Assembly: GCA_937944855.1 (NCBI GenBank)
Contig: CALFAY010000003.1
Coordinates: forward strand, 64,470 to 128,469
Length of the DNA: 64,000 nt
Source of the DNA: an uncultured Planctomycetota bacterium
GTDB taxonomy: Bacteria; Planctomycetota; Planctomycetia; Gemmatales; HRBIN36
Direction of reading: 5' to 3'
In this document: piece by piece, positions 9,915 to 17,996 of the stretch
Layout: every line of letters begins with the position of its first letter
Position numbering within the stretch: position 1 is the first letter of the stretch
Program-made: the position numbers and the translations under genes
Notes under the pieces: model-generated
Database searches by the model: none
Told to the model about the DNA's origin: nothing
What the model saw: the letters and a program-made list of their open reading frames with translations, nothing else

Positions 9915-10990
9915 CCAGGCCCATACCGATCCTATTTGCCGTGGTGGGATGGCTGGCCGCCGCGACGGCCATTCGGGCCGATGTCTCTTTCGCCGAGGTC
10001 GTCCGTAAGACCAATCCCAAGATCGTCAAGGTGTACGGTGCGGGCGGTTTCCGCGGCATCACGGCGTACTGCTCTGGCGTCCTCATTTCCCCGGACGGGT
10101 ACATCCTGACGGTGTACAGCCCGACGCTGGACACGCGCGAATTGCGCGTCCACTTGTACGACGGCACCCGCCATGCGTGCGAACTGGTCGCCGCCGAACC
10201 CCAGCTTGATGTCGCTCTGATCCGCATCAAGGATCGGGAACGCTTCAAGGATTTGCCCCTGGAGCATTTCGATTTGAGCCAGCCGCCGCCGGAAATGAAG
10301 GTCGGCGATTGGGTGCTGGCGTTCAGCAATCTGTTCGAGATCGCCACGCGGGACGAGCCAGTGTCGGTGCAGCGCGGCGTGATCTCGGCCATCACGCCGT
10401 TCGCAGGCCGACGCGGCATCCACGAGGCGGCATACAGGGGCAAGGCGATCATCGTGGACGCCATCACCAACAATCCGGGGGCACACGGCGGGGCGTTGAC
10501 GACGCGCAAGGGCGAACTCATCGGCATCATCGGCAAGGAACTGAAGAACGCCCTGTCCGAAACCTGGGTCAACTACGCCATGCCGATCACGGAACTGCGG
10601 GACTTCGCCTTGCGGGCCATGCGCGGCGACTACAAACCGCTGGACCGGCCCGAGACCCGTCAGGTCGTGGACAAGAAACCCTACCACGGCCTTGTCCTCG
10701 TCCCCGACATCCTTGACCGCACGCCGCCGTATGTCGAGGAAGTTATCCCCGGCTCTCCCGCGGCACGAGCCGGTCTGCGGCCCGATGATCTCATCGTCTT
10801 CATTCGTGCTCCGCGTCCCGACTCTCCGGGCGAGTTGGAAGAGCGGGTCATCGCCAGTTGCAAAGCGTTCAAGGAAACTCTGGCCGGACTCGACCCCGGC
10901 ATGACCATCAAGGTCATCGTGCGCCGGGGAGGCCAACTGCTCAGTCTCGACCTGACCCTGGAGCCGCCTCCGCCGGCAGCCACCAAATGA
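9911..10990 (+). CDS. HtrA-like paralog with non-canonical triad (His->Ser and Ser->His) plus PDZ domain
   Basis: TTG start overlaps the upstream stop (TTGA at 9911-9914). GVLISPDGYILTVYSPT aligns without gaps to GVLISPDGYALTNFHVV. LDVALIRI keeps the Asp. NPGAHGGAL replaces NPGNSGGPL. PDZ-like VEEVIPGSPAARAGLRPDDLIV. Confidence 0.85.
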   Translation: MTRPIPILFAVVGWLAAATAIRADVSFAEVVRKTNPKIVKVYGAGGFRGITAYCSGVLISPDGYILTVYSPTLDTRELRVHLYDGTRHACELVAAEPQLDVALIRIKDRERFKDLPLEHFDLSQPPPEMKVGDWVLAFSNLFEIATRDEPVSVQRGVISAITPFAGRRGIHEAAYRGKAIIVDAITNNPGAHGGALTTRKGELIGIIGKELKNALSETWVNYAMPITELRDFALRAMRGDYKPLDRPETRQVVDKKPYHGLVLVPDILDRTPPYVEEVIPGSPAARAGLRPDDLIVFIRAPRPDSPGELEERVIASCKAFKETLAGLDPGMTIKVIVRRGGQLLSLDLTLEPPPPAATK

Positions 10991-13128
10991 GGCCTGATTC
11001 GATGCGACACTCCATAATGCGTTTTGCAATGCTGATGCGGCTTGTGCTTGCTGTCGGGTGCCTCCTCCAAGCGGCTTCGATGACGGTTTCCGCGAAGGAA
11101 GATGTGGATGCCGCTCTGGAACAGGCGACCAAGGCTGCTCTGGACCGCATCTCTCCGGTCGTGGTCCAGATTCGCACCGTCGGCGGCCTGGAGGTCGTCA
11201 GCGGCGTCCGGAAGGGACTGGGACCGACCACCGGCGTCATCGTGGACCCGGACGGCTACATCATTTCCAGTTCGTTCAACTTCGCCAGCAAACCCTCGGC
11301 CATCGCCGTTTCGCTGCCCGGTCGTCAGGAGCCGCTTAACGCTCAGGTCGTAGCTCAGGACCAGACCCGGATGCTGACCTTGCTCAAGGTCGAGGCCAAT
11401 AACTTGCCCACGCCCGCCTTCGTGCCGAAATCGGAGATCCGGCTCGGCCAATGGGCCTTGGCTGTCGGACGCACCTGGGCCGACGTGTATGCCGGACCGC
11501 CTTCGGTCAGCGTCGGCATCATCAGTGCCAAGGACCGCATCTGGGGCAAGGCCCTTCAGACCGATGCCAAGGTGTCTCCGGTCAACTACGGTGGACCGCT
11601 CATCGACCTCGAAGGCCGCGTTCTGGGCATTCTCGTCCCCCTCTCTCCCCAGCGGGATGACGAGACCGCCGGGGTCGAGTGGTATGACGGGGGTATCGGC
11701 TTCGCCATTCCGATGGAGGACATCCTCGCCGTCCTGCCAAAACTGAAGCAGGGAACCAATCTCACCCGCGGGTTGCTCGGCATCCGCATGAAGAGCCGAG
11801 ATCAGTTCTCCGCCCCGCCGGTCATCGGCGAAGTAGGACCGGGCACAGCCGCGGCCAAGGCGGGCTTGCTGCCGGGCGATCTGATCATCGAAGTGGACGG
11901 CAAACCCGTCAGCCGATACGCCCAGATTCAGCACATTCTCGGCGTCAAGTACGCCGGCGACCGCGTGAGCCTGAAGGTGAAACGCGGCGATCAGGTGCTC
12001 GATTTCCCCAACATCGAACTGACCGGACCGCCCCAAGCCACCGCACTGGCGTTTCTCGGCATTCTGCCGATGCGGGACGATCCCGAAGCTGGGGTCGCGG
12101 TTCGGTATCTCTTTCCCAACGGCCCAGCGCGGCAGGCGGGAATCCGACCTGGGGACCGGATCGTGCGGCTCAACGACCAACCGATCCTCAACCGCCTGCA
12201 TCTCAGTCAGGTTGTCTCCCGACTGGCTCCGCAGTCCGAAGTCACACTCGATGTGAAACGCAAGGACGCCGACAAAACCGACAAGATCAAGGTCCGCCTG
12301 GCGGAACTGACCCCCGAATTGCCCGAAGATGAGCTTCCCGAAGGGACGTTGAAACAAGCCCTGGCACCACAACAGCCCTTGGTCCTGCCCGGCGGCGGTC
12401 CCGGCGGGCAACCGCGCCCCGGTCCCATGCCGCAGCCGCGTCCGATGGGTCAGCCTCCTCGGCCGCGTCCCGGACGCGATAAGCAACCTCAGCCGAAGCC
12501 GGAGGTCCCCAAAGGCGTGATTCAGCATACCGACCCCGCGACGGGCCACGCCTACTGGCTGTACGTCCCGGAAAACTACGATCCGAACATCTCGCACGGC
12601 CTGATCATCTGGCTGCATCCGGCTGGTGACACGATGGAACAGGCCATGCTGCGGTTGTGGCAAGACCTGTGCAAGAAGCATCATCTGATCCTGTACGGTC
12701 CCAAGGCCGAAAACCCGACCGGCTGGCTGACCAGCGAAGCCGATCTGATCCGGGAAGACCTGCGCAAGATCGCCGCGGAGTACACTCTCGACCGCTCCCG
12801 CATCGTGACTCACGGCCTCGGGCAGGGAGCCAGCTTTGCCCTGTATCTGGCCTTCGACGCCCGTGACCAGGTCCGAGGCGCGGCGGTGTTCGGCGGTGCG
12901 CTGCCGAATCTGCCCCGCGACCTGAGCGGGCCTCCGCTTTCGTTCTTCCTCGTCGGCGGCGGTCGGGATCCTGAGATCGAGGCCTTTCGCGCCGTCAAAC
13001 CCGCCCTGGAGGAGCGCAAGTTTCCGGTCAACTACCGCGAGTTGCCGGAGCATGGCAATGGCTACGTCACCGATCCCGGAGTCCTCCGGACATTGATGAG
13101 CTGGATTGAAGGACTGGACCGCATTTAG
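10987..13128 (+). CDS. HtrA-like pseudoprotease (all three triad residues replaced) with two PDZ domains, Pro-rich linker and esterase-like domain lacking the Ser nucleophile
   Basis: ATG overlaps the upstream stop (ATGA at 10987-10990). Signal-like MRFAMLMRLVLAVGCLLQAASMTVSA. GYIISSSFNF (no His), RMLTLLKV (no Asp), SPVNYGGPL (Ser->Tyr). PDZ-like GEVGPGTAAAKAGLLPGDLIIEVDG and LFPNGPARQAGIRPGDRIVRLN. C-terminal LIIWLHPAGD...RIVTHGLGQGASFALYLAF has GLGQG where an esterase has GxSxG. Confidence 0.85.
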   Translation: MRPDSMRHSIMRFAMLMRLVLAVGCLLQAASMTVSAKEDVDAALEQATKAALDRISPVVVQIRTVGGLEVVSGVRKGLGPTTGVIVDPDGYIISSSFNFASKPSAIAVSLPGRQEPLNAQVVAQDQTRMLTLLKVEANNLPTPAFVPKSEIRLGQWALAVGRTWADVYAGPPSVSVGIISAKDRIWGKALQTDAKVSPVNYGGPLIDLEGRVLGILVPLSPQRDDETAGVEWYDGGIGFAIPMEDILAVLPKLKQGTNLTRGLLGIRMKSRDQFSAPPVIGEVGPGTAAAKAGLLPGDLIIEVDGKPVSRYAQIQHILGVKYAGDRVSLKVKRGDQVLDFPNIELTGPPQATALAFLGILPMRDDPEAGVAVRYLFPNGPARQAGIRPGDRIVRLNDQPILNRLHLSQVVSRLAPQSEVTLDVKRKDADKTDKIKVRLAELTPELPEDELPEGTLKQALAPQQPLVLPGGGPGGQPRPGPMPQPRPMGQPPRPRPGRDKQPQPKPEVPKGVIQHTDPATGHAYWLYVPENYDPNISHGLIIWLHPAGDTMEQAMLRLWQDLCKKHHLILYGPKAENPTGWLTSEADLIREDLRKIAAEYTLDRSRIVTHGLGQGASFALYLAFDARDQVRGAAVFGGALPNLPRDLSGPPLSFFLVGGGRDPEIEAFRAVKPALEERKFPVNYRELPEHGNGYVTDPGVLRTLMSWIEGLDRI

Positions 13129-13145
13129 GTTCCCCGAAATCAGGC

Positions 13146-14129
13146 TCAGCGGTATCGCTCCGGGAAGCCAAGCTGTTCCAGGTGCTCGCGCAACATTCTC
13201 TCCTGTTCCGCAGTCAGATCCGCCAACGGGGGCCGAACGGGACCGCAATCCACACCCAGAATCGCCATAACCCGTTTGGCCGCTGGGAGAAAGCCGAAGC
13301 GACTCAGACACGAGATCAGCTCGTTGGCCTGATGCTGGAGTTGCCGGGCGTGGTCCAGGTCGCCTTCCGCAAAGGCTTGCAGTAAGCGGAGATACAGTCC
13401 TGAAGCATAGTTGTAGTTGGTCCCGACGGCCCCTCGGACGCCCAGGGCCGCGGCGGGCAGCAGCATCTCGTCCAGCCCAAAGAGGACGTCGAACCGGCCC
13501 TCGTCCCACCGCAGGCAGCGCAACAAATCCATCAGATCGGGATGTGAAAACTTCGCCCCGGCCAGCGATGGAACTTGCGCCGCGGCTTCGCGCAACAAAT
13601 CGCTGACCGGAATCGTCACGCCGGTGCGCATCGGAATGTGATAGTAGTAAAACGGCAAGTCGGGGGCGGCCTCGGCCACCCGACGGCAGAAGGCGACCAG
13701 GTCGGCGACCGAGTACGGCTTGTAATAGCTTGGCGCGAAGCAACTTATGGCTGAGGCACCGATCTGTTGCGCGTGCCCGGCCAGTTCTCGACAATCCTCA
13801 AGGCTCTCACTGCCGACATGAACCATGACATTCAAGTCCACTTCTGAGGCAATCGCGCACCATCGCCGCGCAACATTTTTGCGTTCATCCACGCTGAGCG
13901 AAGGTCCTTCGCCGGTGGTGCCGTTGATGAACACCGTCTGAATCCCAACCGATTGCAGCCATTGGGCTTGTGCGTCAATTCCGGCAAGGTTCAGGGAGCC
14001 GTCGGCGTGGAACGGAGTGAAAGTGGCCGCGATCAGGCCGGTGTAGCGATTCACGACTATGAGCCTCGGATGCAGTTCCAGATGCGGAAACAGATCTAGT
14101 CTAAACGGTGCCTCCTGGCTGCGCAACAT
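13146..14129 (-). CDS. dihydrodipicolinate synthase / N-acetylneuraminate lyase family class I aldolase
   Basis: GLIAATFTPFHADGSLNL, INGTTGEGPSLS, GAKFSHPD and an overall DapA-family layout. The start codon is uncertain because the N-terminal 25 aa are not family-like. Confidence 0.8.
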   Translation of the reverse strand: MLRSQEAPFRLDLFPHLELHPRLIVVNRYTGLIAATFTPFHADGSLNLAGIDAQAQWLQSVGIQTVFINGTTGEGPSLSVDERKNVARRWCAIASEVDLNVMVHVGSESLEDCRELAGHAQQIGASAISCFAPSYYKPYSVADLVAFCRRVAEAAPDLPFYYYHIPMRTGVTIPVSDLLREAAAQVPSLAGAKFSHPDLMDLLRCLRWDEGRFDVLFGLDEMLLPAAALGVRGAVGTNYNYASGLYLRLLQAFAEGDLDHARQLQHQANELISCLSRFGFLPAAKRVMAILGVDCGPVRPPLADLTAEQERMLREHLEQLGFPERYR

Positions 14130-14279
14130 TTTTTACCCAAGTCAGCCCCTGCGGTTGGAGGCGTGAATCCATGATTCTCGGCACTTCCCCTTGACGGGCC
14201 AATGCCACCAAGGATGCCCTCCCTTGCAGTATGGATATATGAACATTTGAACATTTCCTGAACGTGCCGTCGAGGTGCG

Positions 14280-14308
14280 TTGACCCATATCGACAGGCGG
14301 CTTAGAAT
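14280..14308 (+). promoter_or_regulatory. sigma70-like promoter candidate for the dksA-like/lspA unit
   Basis: TTGACC (14280-14285), 17-nt spacer, TAGAAT (14303-14308), 30 nt upstream of the ORF. A tandem GAACATTT GAACATTT lies just upstream (about 14241-14256). Confidence 0.4.
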
Positions 14309-14337
14309 AGACGAATTGAAGATCAGACACCCTTCGG

Positions 14338-14730
14338 ATGGACAGCGAGGATGGCATGAAGAGCAGCGAATTGGCTCGCTTCAAGGAACGACTACTCGCT
14401 CTGCGTGCCCGTTGCACCGGCGATGTCAATCAACTGGCCGATGAAGGTCTGCGACGCGGTGAGGACGGCGTGGCCGGCAATCTGTCCAATCTCCCGCTGC
14501 ATCTGGCGGATGTCGGGTCGGACAACTTTGAGCAGGAGTTCACCCTGAGTCTGCTCCAGAACGAGGGGAAGCTGCTGGCGGAGATTGACGCCGCCCTGGG
14601 TCGCATTGCCAAGGGCACTTACGGCATCTGCGAGCAGTGCGGGGCCGCTATTCCCAAGGAACGGCTCAAAGCGGTACCTTACACCGCCTATTGCGTCAAT
14701 TGTGCACGGAAGCTGGAAGAGCGATCATGA
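14338..14730 (+). CDS. DksA/TraR-family C4 zinc-finger protein
   Basis: C-terminal CEQCGAAIPKERLKAVPYTAYCVNC four-Cys finger preceded by a coiled-coil. The alternative start at 14356 (MKSSEL...) has the better SD (GAGGA). Confidence 0.85.
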   Translation: MDSEDGMKSSELARFKERLLALRARCTGDVNQLADEGLRRGEDGVAGNLSNLPLHLADVGSDNFEQEFTLSLLQNEGKLLAEIDAALGRIAKGTYGICEQCGAAIPKERLKAVPYTAYCVNCARKLEERS

Positions 14731-15353
14731 GCGACTCGCCGATCCCCGGCAAATCCTGGTCTTGGCTTTTTGTGGTGCTCGCGGTTGCAGGATTCGTCGC
14801 TGATCTGGGTTCCAAGTACGCGGTCAATGCGTGGCTGGACCAGGATCGGCATCACATCACTGTCGGCGGCTTCGTACACAAGGGTTACGAGATCGTTCCC
14901 GGCATGTTCAGCTTGGTGCGCCAGGAGGGTTTGAACCGGGGAGCGCTGTTCGGCCTAGGCAATCATCCTGAGCACGGAGACAAGGCGAATCTGCTTTTCG
15001 CCGGGATCAGCGCCGCCGCGGCCGTGCTCATCGTCCTGTGGAGCTTCCGCCGAAGCGTGGTTTCTTCCGGGGCGCTGAGTCTGGCTCTGGGTCTGATTCT
15101 GGCCGGGGCCTTGGGCAATCTCTACGATCGGCTGGTGTTCGGCGGCGTCCGCGATTTCATCTGGGTGTACTACCAGAGTGCGGACGACGGCCGCTTGCTC
15201 TTCAATTACCCGGTCTTCAATCTCGCTGACACGTTCCTGTGCATCGGGGCGGCGGTGCTGGTGCTGCGCACGATCTTCGCGCCGTCGGATCGGAGGGCGG
15301 ACGCGGCCCGTTCGCCGAACCCGCCTGCCGAGGCCGCCCGCTCCGCGGGTTAA
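14727..15353 (+). CDS. lspA: lipoprotein signal peptidase (signal peptidase II)
   Basis: ATGA overlap with the upstream stop. LGSKYAV, NRGALFGLG, GNLYDRLVFGGVRDFI and FNLADTFLCIGA are LspA signature segments. Confidence 0.9.
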   Translation: MSDSPIPGKSWSWLFVVLAVAGFVADLGSKYAVNAWLDQDRHHITVGGFVHKGYEIVPGMFSLVRQEGLNRGALFGLGNHPEHGDKANLLFAGISAAAAVLIVLWSFRRSVVSSGALSLALGLILAGALGNLYDRLVFGGVRDFIWVYYQSADDGRLLFNYPVFNLADTFLCIGAAVLVLRTIFAPSDRRADAARSPNPPAEAARSAG

Positions 15354-17509
15354 TCCACCTTGGCTTCCTGCAGAGTCAGCCCGAGGTAAGTGCTCTTGTC
15401 GCGTCGGGCCAGGACCTCCCACGGCGTGCCGGGATGTTCCTTGATGATGCGGTCAAGGATCTCCTGCCGCTGCTTCTCCCAGTTACGCGTGTCCTTCTGC
15501 TGGAGCCGTTCCGACGGAACGATCAGCCAACCATTGTTCTGCGGATTGGTAATGATCGGACTGTCCTTGCGGAGCTTGTTGCCCAGGACGAAGTTGTACT
15601 CCATGATGGCAATGCGGCGGGCGAGCATCTGGGAGAACACATAGTCGAAGTGGGCCTGCCAGCGTTTGGTTTCCTTGTCCCGATCCGCTGCTGCTTTTTC
15701 CATCGCCTCCATGATCTCTTCCAACTCCTGGTTCAGACGGGCCGGCTGCTGTTGCTTGCGTTCGATGGACGCTTTGAACTGGGCATCGTTGGCCTCGGCC
15801 TTGATGCTTTTCTCCGCGTTGAAGCGTTTGTCGATGTCGAGCAGCTTGTTGATCGTGTCCAAGGTGACTTGCCGCAGCGGGTGCTTCTCGGGATCGGGAT
15901 CCCGATCAACGGGCGTCAGGTACGGTTCGAGGGCCTTGGCGAAGAAAGGCGGCAAGCTCTGCGAGCCGGCCTCGACGATGCCGAGTTCATGGATGATCTC
16001 GTCCACGACCCGGGGCTCGGCCAGCGGCTCGGAGCCTAGCGGCTCGACGATCTTGACCGGAGGCGGTGGAGCGTCGGAGACATCGTCCGGGGGTTTCATG
16101 GCCACGCCGAGAACCCTGGGCGTCTGCACGGCGTTCCAGCGATCCTTGACATACTTGGTCACTTCGTCATTGACCTGGGAAGCGAAGAACAACAGCGGCA
16201 AAGACTCCTCGGCGAACCCCGGCTGCTTCTTGATCTCCAGCCGTTTCTTCGGATCGGCCAGGTCACGGGCGTAGCTGTGCAGATAGTGCATAAACACACT
16301 ACCGATGAAGCCCGAGCTGGCAAACTCGTAGGAATGCTCGCCGGACGAACAACTGAGCCACACCTGCACGCCATCGGGCACCTTGCGGAGCTGGGCCGCC
16401 AGCTTCTCGCCGAGCTTCTCGCCGCCGGAACGGGCCAGGCCCTGTTCCGGATCGAGATGGGCGATGTCGAGGATGAGCAGCTTGCGATGGGCCTTGCACT
16501 TTTCCAGTTGCTCATAGAGCCAGCCGATCGGGATCAAATCCTCCTTTTTCGTGAATTCTCCCTCCAGCGGCACAAGATAACCCTGGTCCTCCAGCTCCAC
16601 CGCATGGCCGACATAGACGAGCACGACGCGGTCCTGCGGCCGGGAATCTTCGAGGAAGACACGGATGGTCGCCTGGACCGTCGGCTTCAGAGGCGAAACG
16701 GGCTTTTCCTCGGCGACATCGCTGAGTTCCTTGACCTGCGACGGGTCGAAACGCAGACCCTCGATCAAAGCTTTCTTAAGATGGTGCAGGCCGAGCGGAT
16801 CCCGGGTCAGCGAATTGTCGGGACGGTAACCGGGATTGATCGGGTTGGCGTACAGGTAATTGCGGATGCCGACGAGCAAGGCCCGGCCGGGATAGCGTTT
16901 GTGCCATTCGACGGTGGCAACGGGCGGGGTCGGGAGCGGATTCGAGGTTTGTCCCTCGGAGGGCGAGGCCGTCGGTTTGTCTGGCGGCATGGGCGTGTCG
17001 GGATCGGCCTTGGCGACTTGGACCGGCTCCTTGGTCTCCGCCGGTTTGGCTTCCCCCGGCTGCGACGGCCGAGCCACGTTGGGCGGCGGCCGGTCCTTGC
17101 TCGGCGTCAGCACTTCCTCCTTGTTCGACTCGGCCAGCGCAGTCGTGGTCTCCTGCCGGTTCTCCTTCTTGAGCGAGGCCAGCATCTCCTGCCCGCGCTG
17201 GATCAGCGGCCTGCCGGCGATGAGCAGTGTCAATGCGATGACAATGACGAGAGCGGCGGTGATCGCCGACTTGACATAGAACCGGCGTCGGCGACGGGCC
17301 TTGAATTCGGCCACCAGCGAGAGATCGCCGTCGCCGCGACCATCGGCCCCTGGTTTTCCCTGCGGCGCGGGCTGGAAGGCGATCCTGGTCCCCGCCATCT
17401 TGAGCGTGGCTCCGCATGACTTGCAACGAAACAGCGACTCTTTCCACCCGGCGGGAATCACCAACGCCTTGCGGCACTTCGGGCAGGCGGCTTGAACGAC
17501 CTGACTCAT
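15350..17509 (-). CDS. zinc-ribbon / single-TM / Pro-rich linker / caspase-like (C14-like) domain protein lacking the catalytic Cys, plus unknown C-terminal domain
   Basis: ATG at 17509 has GGAGG upstream. CPKCRKAL...CKSCGATL ribbon. TM segment AITAALVIVIALTLLIA. RALLVGIRNYLY...VVLVYVGHAVELEDQGYLVP...KLLILDIAHLD...VWLSCSSGEHSYE follows the caspase fold order. Confidence 0.75.
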   Translation of the reverse strand: MSQVVQAACPKCRKALVIPAGWKESLFRCKSCGATLKMAGTRIAFQPAPQGKPGADGRGDGDLSLVAEFKARRRRRFYVKSAITAALVIVIALTLLIAGRPLIQRGQEMLASLKKENRQETTTALAESNKEEVLTPSKDRPPPNVARPSQPGEAKPAETKEPVQVAKADPDTPMPPDKPTASPSEGQTSNPLPTPPVATVEWHKRYPGRALLVGIRNYLYANPINPGYRPDNSLTRDPLGLHHLKKALIEGLRFDPSQVKELSDVAEEKPVSPLKPTVQATIRVFLEDSRPQDRVVLVYVGHAVELEDQGYLVPLEGEFTKKEDLIPIGWLYEQLEKCKAHRKLLILDIAHLDPEQGLARSGGEKLGEKLAAQLRKVPDGVQVWLSCSSGEHSYEFASSGFIGSVFMHYLHSYARDLADPKKRLEIKKQPGFAEESLPLLFFASQVNDEVTKYVKDRWNAVQTPRVLGVAMKPPDDVSDAPPPPVKIVEPLGSEPLAEPRVVDEIIHELGIVEAGSQSLPPFFAKALEPYLTPVDRDPDPEKHPLRQVTLDTINKLLDIDKRFNAEKSIKAEANDAQFKASIERKQQQPARLNQELEEIMEAMEKAAADRDKETKRWQAHFDYVFSQMLARRIAIMEYNFVLGNKLRKDSPIITNPQNNGWLIVPSERLQQKDTRNWEKQRQEILDRIIKEHPGTPWEVLARRDKSTYLGLTLQEAKVD

Positions 17510-17679
17510 CGGGTATGCCTCCGAATGGGGAGGGAGCATGGCGGCCAAGTTGCGGACCTCAGTTTATTCTAACAGACGACGAACTGCTTCCGACAGATGA
17601 CGTCCCCGGAAAGTGGAAATCATGAGGGCGGGCAGGTTCAGGCAGCGGCCCGTTGCGGTGCGACGTCGGGAGTCACATC

Positions 17680-17907
17680 TCAATAAGGGGCATAACAGGG
17701 CCGCTCCGGATCGCGGCAGGCATCCAGGGAGACTTCGCCGCCGTCGGGTCCGAGCGCCCGGTTGGTGTGCAGGCACCAGAAGTCCATCGCCCCCGCCTGG
17801 TACTCGGGATCCTGCTCGAAGTCTTCGCCGTACACCAGCATCGCCTTGCAACGCAGGTGCATGCAGCGGGGCACAAACGGCGTTTCTGGGGTCGGATTCG
17901 ACGACAT
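17680..17907 (-). CDS. small Cys-rich hypothetical protein (about 75 aa)
   Basis: MSSNPTPETPFVPRCMHLRCKAMLVYGEDFEQDPEYQAGAMDFWCLHTNRALGPDGGEVSLDACRDPERPCYAPY. Five Cys. Co-oriented, about 90 nt downstream of the oxidoreductase FAD subunit. An alternative ATG is at 17934. Confidence 0.55.
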   Translation of the reverse strand: MSSNPTPETPFVPRCMHLRCKAMLVYGEDFEQDPEYQAGAMDFWCLHTNRALGPDGGEVSLDACRDPERPCYAPY

Positions 17908-17996
17908 GGCGAAACTCGGGCCCTTCTCGGCCATACGGGTGCCAGAACCCGCCCTCTCCCCTCGTGAGGGGAGAGGGGCGGAGTGACGGAGAGCAG

